Shown here in pieces: positions 28,301 through 38,436 of a stretch of DNA of 64,000 bases (position 1 is the stretch's first letter; every line of letters begins with the position of its first letter). The DNA is from Diadema antillarum (Eukaryota), in assembly GCF_040938485.1 (NCBI RefSeq), contig NW_027270921.1:434001-498000 (forward strand), written 5' to 3'. The notes under the pieces were generated by a model. It made no database searches, was not told the origin of the DNA, and saw only the letters and a list, made by a program, of their open reading frames with translations. The position numbers and the translations under genes were made by a program.

Positions 28301-31300
28301 CTGACAATTCCAAGTCTCCAATGGGGTTTGCAAAATCTAACCATGCATGCAGACAAATGACTCAGAATGCATATTATATGCATAGCACTCTGGGAACTGG
28401 ATGAAAATTCTACATGCAGTATACACAATGTTGATAATGATCCACATGGTAATAAATGTGCATGAAATGGCTCCTTTAAATTTATTCTGCCACATCCATT
28501 TTTTTTCTAAAGATGAAAAGATGGAAAGTAGTTAGTTCAGTTTATAACTAGTAATTCATTATCATTTATCAATGCCTTGTCGGCCTTGAACTACTTAACA
28601 TAACAATGTCAGAATTTCTGAGCTTGGGTATTTGTTCCAAGTTCAGTGTGTCACTACCAGCAACCAGGGACAGCCTGGTGGTAGTGTCACTCCCTGGAAA
28701 GCAGTAGATGACAGGTTCGAGTCCCGTGGTTCCTTTTTTCCAACATACTTATTAGATTACAGATCAGCAGTTGTGATCTTTTAAATTTCATTTGTTAGAG
28801 GGACACAAAATGAAGAAAATTCACCCTCAACTTACTTGTAATATTCTCTTGCATTTAACTAGTAATTCAGTGATTCAAATTAGTTTTAAAAATTTGCTCA
28901 AGTGTAAAATATCAATGAACTGAAAGGCACTCGATTTCAATTACAATTCCCATAAACTATGGTAGTTTGAAATCAGCCTCTTATAATATTTTCTTATGTC
29001 AAAAAAGTGAGTGTTAGATTGAGTTATAGAAACAATCTGTGTGTGCAGGGATGCACATTTGCTCATTCCTCTTTCTTTCTTTGATTTTCGAAGTAAATTA
29101 GTTTAAGAGTGGCTTTCACTATTTAATACTAGTAGTGTCTGACAGACACACAATTTTTTTTTTTTTGTGAGCCATCTCATTTTTTTTTTTTTAATTAAAA
29201 GACAAACACTAGAAAAGTGTCTATAGTAGCATTGCAGAATTATTGCATTGCTGGCAATTACCAAGGTACCTGCCCACATGCTTTCTTGGCTACATAAAAT
29301 AAAGAAACAAACCACTACACATGTAGTCTAGGAAGCATGGGTTTACCTAGCTGAACAAGCCCTCTGGAGTTCAATCCTTTTGTAAGATTTTCCTGACTTG
29401 GTCTGTATAAAACCTTTATGAAACAAAATTGCATTTACATTAGCTGTTTGATTAAACCTGAACCCACCGGATTTACATTGTACCACAACTGCAAAATAAG
29501 GGAGGCTGCCTACTGCTGAAGAAAAGAAAAAATAATTTTTTTATAATTGAACACTTCTTAGCACACACACAGAAAAAAAAAAATCCTCCTTATTCACAAA
29601 ACCCTATTCATAAACACAATGAGCAAAGGCTCTCTTTTCCATCACTGCCCCCCCTCCCTCCCCTCCCCTGATGAAAGATTAAAAAAACAAAATGAAATGA
29701 AATATAATCTCCAAAGAAGTATACATATACACACACACACAAAGAAAAGGAAATATGAAACCAACAACAGCCACCAAATGTATATGCACAGTGTATGTTA
29801 CTCACCCTATCCTTGGCTCTACTGTAGATATGGTTTTCAAGCTCTGCACCAGACTTTTCGATAGGGTTGCAAGCTTCTCGCAAGGCATCATCGCTGGATG
29901 AAAAACAACCAAACAATGGCTGATAATGATGTTACAAGTTTTAGAAACACTACAAAAGCAAGTACATTATTTTGGCACAAAGTGTAAACAACAAGCACTA
30001 CCTGACAAGCTGTTGAGTCTGATGAAAATTTTTGATTTTCTTGGTAATCTGTATATATTAAACAAGTTCTTACAGTGATTTTTCAACAAGCCTCCAGGCA
30101 AGTCACTAGTCTTTTCATCCTAATTTTCATACAAATCCCATGCAAACAAAGAATACTAAATGGTAATTCCTGACTGTTAACCCATTGAAGACTACTGTAG
30201 GTAGTCTGAGCATACTCGGGCAGGTGTCTACATGTACATGGGAAATGTGTGTTACAGCAAAATCAGTCTGTCTTTACTGGTTAGACAGTAAATGTCCTTA
30301 CGTGTATATTTGTCAAAGATACTCTTTTCCTACAAGTATTTCCTGCAAGACAAGTCTGATTCCAACTCCTTGATATAGTCCTTGATTTCAGAAGTGATAT
30401 GTCATGACCAAAGCAGAAGATAGATCTATACCACTCTAAATACTAAACCAGCAGTCATTACCACAATCAAATCTGATATAAGCACACAACAACTTTTCTG
30501 ATTGTATTCACAGCAGGCAAAGTACTTGTACTGGCACACTGAGTATGAATATTACAGACAGATAGTTCAAGTTAGAAAATTAACGGAACATTCAGCAATT
30601 TTTGTCTGCCTTGAGCAATAATGAAATTTATCTGAATTTCAAATCAATTAATGGAAACTTTTTGTCTTTTTTCTGTAAAAATGTGCATATCAAAAAAAAA
30701 AGGAAAAGAAACACTGTAATTATGTTAAGAATGAGGGGTCACCATTAAAAAAAAAGGGGGCGGGGAATTGAGGTCTGAGATGAGATCTGATGTACACTTT
30801 TGTGACATGCAGATCTACGTCACTTCTGAAAACGACAGTGCTATTGGCAGCTTTCTACAGAGAAATATCCTTGACTATCCATCCAGGACAAAGGTTCTGT
30901 GATACAACTTGTATATGTAAAACAGGATAGTTTGGGATTCATTCGTCTCCAGGACTAAAATGGTTCACCAGCAATTTGCCTGCTTCTTGTGCAGCCAAAT
31001 TTACAACAAATCATGCTAAAAAAATGCAGTTGGGCAGCACTTGAAGAAAGAAGGGCACAGCTTTTAGAGTGTGTACTATTTTATGGTATGACCTGTGGTT
31101 TGATCAATATACACCCCAATGACCTCTTTGTAACAGTCACTGAGATATATAAACCATCTCCTCTTGGAAGTCCAGAAAATTCAACATCCCTTTTGCCCTA
31201 TTTCAACTTGACCGAACCAACGGAAAATCCTAATCCTCTTCCTTTATACCAGATGCTACTACATTATGGAACTCATTATCACCAAGCACTGCCAATTGAA

Positions 31301-33694
31301 CTTCCATGAACACATTCAAGGAAGAGGAGGTGCAGAACATCAGGCTTCATTTAGCATCCAATTATATTTTTAGCAGCACACATAATATAGAGAAGTGCTT
31401 CTCAAACAGTGGGCCACAGCCAACCGGTGGGCCAGAAAGAAAGATGAAAAATAAACGTCTCCTGGTAAAGTTGGAATCATTTGGTTAAATATTGTATACG
31501 TGATAACCTTCTTGTATGGCGTAAGACTTTTTCTGATTGGTACATGTAATTGGCAAATAGCAGTGTTTGATGGTAAGGAGTCCCCTTGGGGAGAAGTATT
31601 GAGTGGCGTGCCTAAAGGCAGCGTGTTGGGTCCAACCCTTTTTTAAATCTTTGTCAATGATCTCCCAGATGTAGGTACAAAATTTTAAGTTAAATGTCAT
31701 CATGTTTGCTGATGACACAAAAATGTAGGTTTGCTCGGACACAAAAGATTCTGTTGTACAACTTAAAACCAATTAATCAAAACTTGAGGATTGGCCTGCA
31801 AAGTGGCAACTTTGTTTTCATCCTAAGAGTGTACAGTGTTGAAGATGGAGAAACAAAGCACAGAAATGCATACAGAATGCATACAGAATATCATATGAAC
31901 ACAGAATCATGCACAGTAGCTCTCAAGTTCTCTGTTTGTACTATGAAAATAGGCCTACTTTTGATCTTACTGGTAATGCATTCACTATCATTTTTCTTTT
32001 CTTTTTTGTTCTTTTTACTTTTACTACACCATGAACACTGGACATTGTTATCCTTTGATCCTTTAATACAACGTAGGTAGCAGCAATTTCATGCAGGAGA
32101 AAATTAAGAAACAACAACAACAGCAAAACATGCACCATATGCAAAGACAAGATGATCACTCCTTTTCTTCCCCCTTTTTATACTGTCAAGCTGGCGTAAT
32201 TATCGTGGGCAAGACCAAACAAGTGGCCGTTAACTAAATAAATGAACGATTATGGTTGTGTATAATAATGTCGCTCTTCTGCATAATCGGTGATCGATCG
32301 TGCTACGAGAAAGCCCGTGATCAGTGTACTTTTGAGACAGAATTATCTAAAATTTACGTACATATCATATATCATTCACTTTTTATCCAAAACTGGCTTT
32401 GAAATTTCATGAAACCATCACTCATCAGATGGTCCATCTCAATTACCAATATTTCTGATAGCCATGGATTTTTATCGACAAATAATGGAAGGAAATGGGA
32501 GGTGTATGGCATGGTGTGCATTTACTATTTAAAAGTTTACTAAATTTACACTTAACAAAAGCTGCCCATCAATTAACACGATTAATGTAACTTTAATCTG
32601 TGTAAGTGCAACATCTGCCACATCAGTTCGGGAAACCCACTCACAAGGGGGGCCCCTCCTTATAAGTAACCCGTCCCCCTTATAAGTAACCCCGTCCCCC
32701 TTATAAGTAACCCCCGGGGCACCCCTTATAAGGAGTCTCCACGCTTTTTTGCAATGCAACGCGAAAATGAAAGGACTGCGGCAATTCGCTTGATTATGTC
32801 CATAAAGCTTCACAAGTTTCCTAGTTACTCACGAAATTTGAGCAAAATCGGTTTGAGGCATCATATCTAAAATCATGGATTTAAATGCGATGTCAAACGA
32901 CCCATGCGAATGCTGAAATGCGAGCGATTACTGGCGCGAGTGTCGCCAGGCGCGGCGGCGCGGCAATGCTTGAGTGCAGACGTGGCGACTGAGCACTCAG
33001 TCGCCACGTCTGCACTCAAGCATTGCCGCGCCGCCGCGCCTGGCGACACTCACGCCAGTAATCGCTCGCATTTCAGCATTCGCATGGGTCGTTTGACATC
33101 GCATTTAAATCCATGATTTTGGATATGATGCCTCAAAACCGATTTTGCTCAAATTTCGTGAGTAACTAGGAAACTTGTGAAGCTTTATGGACATAATCAA
33201 GCGAATTGCCGCAGTCCTTTCATTTTCGCGTTGCATTGCAAAAAAGCGTGGAGACTCCTTATAAGGAGTGCCCCGGGGGTTACTTATAAGGGGGACGGGG
33301 TTACTTTAAAGGGGGATGGGTTACTTATAAGGAGAGGCCCCCCTTGTGAGTGGGTTTCCCGAACTGACATGCACGGTGTTACTTCAAATTTCATCTGCAA
33401 TGTTTTCTTTCTGCATTAATCAATTAAATAAACAGATTAAGAAACAGTGAATACACGATCCAAAAATACAGACAGAAACAAAGCAAGGAAGAATTTCATG
33501 GAACACATTAACGTTGAATAACTAATGAAGTTTGAATATTAATTTAATAAGAATAAGATTAACGTTAGAATAAGACCGGGGACGTACATTTGAGCCACAA
33601 CTTTTTGTCTGAATTGTGGAACTCTCCAGCTTGTATCAGTAGCATTGCCCCCTGTACCTCCTGCTCCAATCACTCCAGGTCCAGGTGTTGCCAT
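814..33694 (-). CDS. MED15: Mediator of RNA polymerase II transcription subunit 15 (spliced; 3' end beyond left edge of window)
   Basis: Phase-consistent exon chain: 33588-33694, 29806-29893, 26284-26338, 23057-23113, 20318-20467, 18906-19082, 18319-18524, 17476-17574, 13534-13587, 8735-8811, 6277-6422, 5558-5734, 3938-4059, 2457-2680, 814-986; all GT-AG. N-terminal KIX domain: SWRVPQFRQKVVAQIDDALREACNPIEKSGAELENHIYSRAKDRDSYLGLVARLILHMRD. Then DPMVALQGLT and a Q/P/M-rich IDR. C-terminal blocks EKMRQLSKYIEPLKKAI, DLAKMNGLLDILT, QPLLEVVRAHINSPTLNHSLQRTFGPAL and PNIVQGEVARLSPKFRINLDP..VHLICRI match recalled vertebrate MED15. Exons 9 and 10, and the exon 13 donor, are less certain. Confidence 0.95.
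1760..2296. repeat. Degenerate (CAC/CAT)n trinucleotide low-complexity tract with N-runs
   Basis: CACCACCATCAT repeats in the last visible MED15 intron, interrupted by N 2011-2247 and followed by N 2297-2433. Confidence 0.9.
2724..3006 (-). mobile_element. tRNA-derived SINE-like unit flanked by ~46-bp direct repeats
   Basis: Minus strand reads GCTCAGTGGTCTAGTGG (A-box-like) ... GGTTCGAATCC (B box, 2796-2806). Direct repeats lie at 2724-2769 and 2923-2968. Confidence 0.65.
3544..3873 (-). mobile_element. DINE-1/HINE-like (Helentron-associated) non-autonomous element, family 1
   Basis: Sub-terminal inverted repeat CTCC(A/G)CCAAG/CTTGGCGGAG and 3' hairpin GTGCTCTCCGAGTGC-TTTTCTAG. Homologous to the copies at 7473 and 37063. 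Confidence 0.7.
6571..6788. mobile_element. TA-flanked MITE (CTGTAAA...TTTACAG)
   Basis: Short TIRs with TA on both sides. Related copies at 16633-16843 and a partial one near 5195. Confidence 0.6.
7473..7940 (-). mobile_element. DINE-1/HINE-like element, family 1
   Basis: Minus strand begins TTACCTCTGCCAAGGGAGGAGGTTATGTTTTC and has a GTTT microsatellite. The 3' end is CTTGGCGGAGGTCTGCGCTCTCAGAGTGCTTCTA. Confidence 0.75.
8055..8467. mobile_element. TTAA-flanked MITE with AG...CT termini (Kolobok-like)
   Basis: TTAA|AGGCACATAGACCCGGTGGTT ... AACTACCGGGTCTACGCACCT|TTAA. Confidence 0.75.
9030..9490. repeat. Degenerate tandem repeat (~140-170 bp units, about 3 copies)
   Basis: GGTTAAAGTTATTGCCA recurs at about 9030, 9200 and 9337. 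ATCCACAAACCC recurs at about 9168, 9305 and 9478. Confidence 0.7.
12775..12905. repeat. Fragment of the GGATTAACGAACC/GAATAA internally repeated element family
   Basis: Same short repeated motif as the larger copy at 46520-46925. Confidence 0.55.
16633..16843. mobile_element. TA-flanked MITE (CTGT...ACAG)
   Basis: TACTGTTTA...TTTTACAGTA, with an internal TTCGCG/CGCGAA-rich body like the 6571 element. Confidence 0.55.
17932..18175. mobile_element. Possible hAT-like MITE remnant (CAGGGCT...AGCCCTG)
   Basis: 7-bp inverted termini. No intact 8-bp TSD. Confidence 0.4.
19272..19343. repeat. (CTA)n microsatellite
   Basis: Run of ACT/CTA triplets. Confidence 0.95.
20701..20869. mobile_element. Tc1/mariner-like MITE (169 bp)
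   Basis: TA|CAGTCAATCTTGCGTAAGTCGA ... TCGACTTAGGCAAGGTTGACTG|TA. Confidence 0.8.
21848..22246. mobile_element. Foldback MITE with ~157-bp TIRs and TTAA TSD (Kolobok-like)
   Basis: TTAA|AGATAATATAAAGTTTTGG ... CCAAAACTTTATATTATCT|TTAA. The arms are near-identical and the spacer is ~85 bp. Confidence 0.85.
23739..24142. mobile_element. MITE with ~25-bp TIRs
   Basis: CGGCAACACTGGCAAAAGATC ... GATCTTTTGCCAGTGTTACCG. Confidence 0.65.
28667..28732 (+). mobile_element. Degenerate tRNA-derived SINE head
   Basis: B box GGTTCGAGTCC at 28714-28724 with an upstream TGGTGGTAG A-box-like motif. No complete cloverleaf. Confidence 0.4.
30930..31350 (+). mobile_element. CR1/L2-type LINE ORF2 3' remnant
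   Basis: Disrupted translation ..W..LEERR..LFYGM..GLINI.. and SFIPDATTLWNSL, typical of CR1-clade ORF2 C-termini. Confidence 0.6.
31500..31960 (+). mobile_element. CR1-type reverse transcriptase remnant
   Basis: VLSGVPKGSVLGPTLF*IFVNDLP ... MFADDTKM motifs, with stops and frameshifts. Confidence 0.85.
32623..33367. mobile_element. ~745-bp near-perfect palindrome (foldback element) in MED15 intron 1
   Basis: Arms centred on GACTGAG-CA-CTCAGTC (32994-32995). Termini are TCAGTTCGGGAAACCC/GGGTTTCCCGAACTGA, with subterminal CTTATAAG repeats. The arms differ by a handful of mismatches and indels. Confidence 0.9.
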
Positions 33695-33920
33695 ATTCTC
33701 AAGGAAGGATCCCTCCTGCGAAATATCTGACTTGAGAAAGTTGGTGTTCTTCGACTTCTAACTGAGCTGCGGCCTATATGCTTAGATGACGAGTCGTTCA
33801 ACATAAACCGAGATGAGATGGGACGGCGCGTCAGTGTTGCGTGTGCCTACCACCACTGAGCGGAGTTTAGTACAGTGCAAGTGCAGACGAAAAGGAAAGC
33901 AAGTCAAGAGTGCAGGCTTG
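33695..33920. promoter_or_regulatory. Probable MED15 5' UTR/core promoter region
   Basis: CpG-containing segment immediately upstream of the MED15 ATG, within AT-rich surroundings. The TSS was not determined. Confidence 0.45.
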
Positions 33921-34725
33921 GTCCAACTTTTTATAATTTTACAAAAAAACTATATCTAAATAATTTAGTAATGATAAAAAATACATTAAAGACATTAAAA
34001 ATAAATAAATATTTAATTGTAATTTTTTTGGGGGGTAAAATAAGAACAATACTATACTTATCTGAATCCAGAGTATATACTTTGAATGAAAGAGTCTAAC
34101 ATGGCAGCCCACATGAGCAACTTCGGAACTGTGAATGTTGTTTGTGAACCAGTTAGTATGCAGGTCTGCGTAAATACTGTGCGGTAAGTATCTTCATTTC
34201 TATGTGATGTGTAACTAGCAAGCAAGAGGTAAATTGAAGACACATGACTGATAGATCTAGACTCTAGACGTGTAATGCTAAATTGTCATTTATTATAGTC
34301 TATCTATGAATTTTAGGTCTATAAATTTAGTTTACAGTAAAGTTTTACCCCAGTACGTAGCCGAGTAGGCAGTCGCCATCATCCATCATGATAAGCGTGC
34401 GTACAAACGAGTTGACCGAAAGATCGGTCTGTATAAGCTGTATCTGTCCGTCGGGGAATGTTCCGCGGAGACTACGTCTGGCTTCACGGATCCTCTCCGT
34501 ATACGGAGGACAGCGTTAATGGCAAAATATAAAAAGAGTCCTCCGGACAGACGGATCTTTCTGTCTAACAAACGAGGCGTCCAGAATTGAAGAGGGAGTC
34601 GAGTGCACCCACTGAACTCATTGAGTTCAGTGAGTGCACCCTCACATCCAGGCAGCTGGATCTACATTTGTAACTAAGTCTATGTTCAAGTCACATCTTC
34701 TCTTCTCATATCGTATCTGGAGTAA

Positions 34726-37059
34726 TCAGTCCGGGAAACCCGCTCATGAGGACCGCTCCCCCGTACGAGGACTGCCCCGCCTTATGAGGACCGCCCGCAC
34801 GCCTCATGAGGCCCCCGGGGGAATGCCTCAAGAGGACCCCTATTCACTTCTTAATATTCATCTCACATCTGACATATAAGTTGTCGCAACTTTGCACGGT
34901 GATTTTTTGTTACACACACATGTCCACTATCCGTGATGAAAAGAAGAAAAAATCCTGTCTGTTTTTTTCTTCAAAAATCGAGTTTCAATCAACCGATGCA
35001 GAGCGCCTATCAAAACACGGGCGCCAGCGTGTTCGCACAGTGCAAGAGTGCCGCACCTAGCGGCCTGATCCGACTAAATATTTTCGGTACTTTTTTCTGC
35101 GGCTCTCACCTCTCTGCGCGCGAATCAGCCTCGTGAAGCTGAAGTCTGACATCTTTTTACACAAATTTGTAACGAGAAAAATAAAATCAGTATGGTTGGG
35201 TGTTCATAATACCGGACACCTAACGTTTTTCTATCAATAGAAACGTGAAAAATCCCACAGTTTGCCTGAAATTTTACTCACGTGTGGAGAAAATACTCCG
35301 GATTCACAAGCGCGCACTGAAAATGCGATCTGAGGTACGCGCTCTTAGATGGCGGCTTCGAACGCGTGGGGTGTCATTTTTTCCGCACTCAGTTGCCCTG
35401 CTCATTTCTACCGACCACCATGACAATACGTTAATAAAGGGCACTTAAATGCGTTTTTTCGACAGGCCGCTGTTTTTTTCTAGCCGTCATTTTTTCCCCA
35501 ATAATATTTGAATATATTTTGAATCCTTCGATATTACTTTTGAAGGACTGTTTGATGAATTTGACTTGATTTTCATTAGGAAACTTTTCATCGTAATTGA
35601 AATAAATTAGATGAGTCGGTTTGTTTTTTTCACATTCATTTCTCGTTTCTGTATTAACTCGTACGGTCGTAGCGGGCGACAAAATGTTTATGTCATGTGT
35701 ATACCAAATTTGTGTAACGTGTGTGCACGATCGTACAAGCGGCGGTGACAATTTTGCGGTCAAAATCGTCAAATTTATTACGGAAGGATACTCTACATCT
35801 AACAACGAGTCAGCAAAGGTAGGCCTAGTTATATGTAGTTACACGATAAACCTTATTCGATTTTGCTAAATTTCGGTAATTTAGAGGGAATACTTAGTTG
35901 TTTTCGCCACATTTTACTCGGTAGCGTAGCCCAGTGAAGAATCGAACACGGTTGCGCGTAGTCCCATGCGTACATTTTCTTTCTGTACGCGCAATGCCAT
36001 TATAATGCGCGGTCGGTCGTTATAGACCCGGTCAGTGGGTTGAACACCTACCATACTAACCTGATCTTGTGCATATATTCCAAATTATTATTCCACACTG
36101 ATAGAGTAGGTGGGTACTCCAGTTTCTTGGCAAACTAATCACTTTGTAGGTATGACGAGTTCACTTCCTTCGTCAATTCCGCCCTTTCCGCTAACCTTTG
36201 GCCAGTTTTGGCGGTTTCCTGGAATCATCCCGCGGTGCGACGTCACATCACATCACGCATCCAGCACATCGGACAGCGCGCAAGCTTAGAGATTATCAGA
36301 GCGAGCTTGCGCACGCACCAGGGGATGCAGTATCCTTTGGTGCGTGCGCAAGCTCGCTCTGAAAATCTCACAGCTTGCGCGCTGTCTGTATGTGCTAATG
36401 GGGATGCGTGATGTGATGTGACGTCTCATCGCGGGATTCCAGAAAAAGCGCCCAAAGTTTAGCGGACGGCGGAATTGACGAAGAAAGTGAACCCATCATA
36501 CTTACAAAGTGATTAGTTTGCTAAGAAACTGGAGTACCCACCTACTCTATCAGTGTGGAATAGTAATTTGGAATATATGCACAAGATCAGGTTAGTACTG
36601 ATTTTATTTTTCTCGTTACAAATTTGTGTAAAAAGATGTCAGACTTCAGCTTCACGAGGCTGATTTGCGCGCGGTGAGGTGAGAGCCGCAGAAAAAAGCA
36701 CCGAAAATATTTAGTCAGATCAGGCCGCTAGGTGCGGCAGTCTTGCATTGTGCGAACACGCTGGCGCCCGTGTTTTGATGGGCGCTCTGCATCGGTTGAA
36801 TAAAACTCGATTTTTGAAGACAAAAACAGACAGGATTTTTTCTTCTTTTCATCACGGATCGTGGACATGTGTGTGTAACAAAAAATCACCGTGCAAAGTT
36901 GCGACAATTTATACGTCAGATGTGAGATGAATAAGAAGTGAATAGGGGTCCTCTTGAGGCATTCCCCCAGGGGCCTCATGAGGTGTGCGGGCGGTCCTCA
37001 TGAGGCGGGGCAGTCCTCGTACGGGGGAGCGGTCATCATGAGCGGGTTTCCTGGACTGA
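34726..37059. mobile_element. Foldback non-autonomous DNA transposon with ~480-bp TIRs
   Basis: Left arm ~34726-35205 is the reverse complement of 36598-37059 plus ~36040-36055. Termini are TCAGTCCGGGAAACCC/GGGTTTCCTGGACTGA, with subterminal CTYATGAG repeats. Confidence 0.85.
36056..36595. mobile_element. TA-flanked MITE (~128-bp TIRs) nested in the right arm of the foldback element
   Basis: TA|CTAACCTGATCTTGTGCATATATTCC ... GGAATATATGCACAAGATCAGGTTAG|TA. The empty site is preserved in the left arm at TA 35191-35192. Confidence 0.85.
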
Positions 37060-37062
37060 CAG

Positions 37063-37611
37063 TGTACCTCCGCCAAGGGAGGAGGTTATGTTTTCGTTAC
37101 CGTGTAAAGTTTAATGTTTGTTTGTTTGTTTATTTGTCCGTGTGCAAAATAACTCAAAAAGTAGTCAACAGATTTGGATGAAACTTGCAGGAAAGGTTTA
37201 GAATGATACAAGTAACAGATGATTAAATTTTGGTAGTGATCCGAGAACTTTTGGGGAATTTATGAAGCATTTTTGATATTTTGGCAGGTTTGTAGGGTCA
37301 ATGAACTTGAGTCCTGGAAGTTCAGGCTGCGCATATGTGAGGTTTGCATGCGCACACTAAAGTGCGTGCTCTACATTGTACCTGTACTCAAGACTCTAGT
37401 TTCTGCTAGGGTGAGGCGCGCCATGCAGCTGAGGGTTTATGATGTAACAAAGGCTTATAAGTTCTATATTGGGAAATCGGGTGACTTTCAGCACACAATG
37501 CTGTAAGTACGTATGGGTGGAAATCACTGATATCTCTATGGAAGAACGAGATCAGTGGTGGAAATGAGCTGCGTGCTTGGTGGAGGTCTGCGCTCTCAGA
37601 GTGCTTTTCTA
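37063..37611 (+). mobile_element. DINE-1/HINE-like element, family 1
   Basis: Starts TACCTCCGCCAAGGGAGGAGGTTATGTTTTC, contains a GTTT microsatellite, and ends CTTGGTGGAGGTCTGCGCTCTCAGAGTGCTTTTCTA. Confidence 0.8.
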
Positions 37612-38436
37612 TTTTTTTATTTGTTATGACACTTTATTTTTCAGAAACGCAGTGTGGTTGATTGTTTGGATATCAGTTTCTAACGTTACAATGATCCATC
37701 ATTTGAACCATCTTGTAGATTCTAGAGTCCATACATTTTGTTTTTCACAAAATAAACAATGTTAACTTGAGTGTAGACGAGAGAGTAGTTGAAGCATTAT
37801 GACGTTTGTTTCGCGTAAATATCCTGTCATATCCACTTACATCATCAAAATCAAACAACATCAGCAACATTATGACACTTAAACATTATGATTTAATACT
37901 TGGGTCTTGAGCATTGTGACGTAACTATAAAATGGTGAAAAGCTGACTGTGTCGAATATTCAAGTCGAGCGCATTTAACAGTATGCTGCCATCTACTGTT
38001 CAATAAATGTACAGGATCCGAGCAATGGCAGCTCCTACAACGCAAAATGGCAGCTCCCTTGCTCAGCCGCCTCCGCTTCTGGACTGTGCCCTCTTGTGGT
38101 ATAATCTCTTTGGTCTCACCGCACTGGCACGGCGACCCTATAAATGAAGGACGTTTACAGAGTTTCATAACCGCAACAGCGGCCCCAACATGTACATGTT
38201 GGGCTGTTACGAGTTACAGTACCCCGCAATGGGGTTAAGAGTTTCAGTGCAATACAGGAATATACCTTTAAAGAAAAGAGGATCTTCCATATTTCTGCTT
38301 ACTAGAAATCTTTGTAATCAATCACAACATGAGTGCTACTGAGAAAAATGATGTTCCAGAAAATTCAGATTTGTTGGTATGATCTATACCGGTAGTTTGT
38401 TTTTCCTTGTGTGTTTTAGGTACATCTAATGGACCT

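Noticed and set aside
32529-33419. Duplicated ORFs MKLYGHNQANCRSPF on opposite strands
   Set aside because: An artefact of the palindrome; no protein motif.
34806-36979. Duplicated ORFs MRP(P/L)GECLKRTPIHF
   Set aside because: Mirror images from the foldback arms; no transposase motifs.
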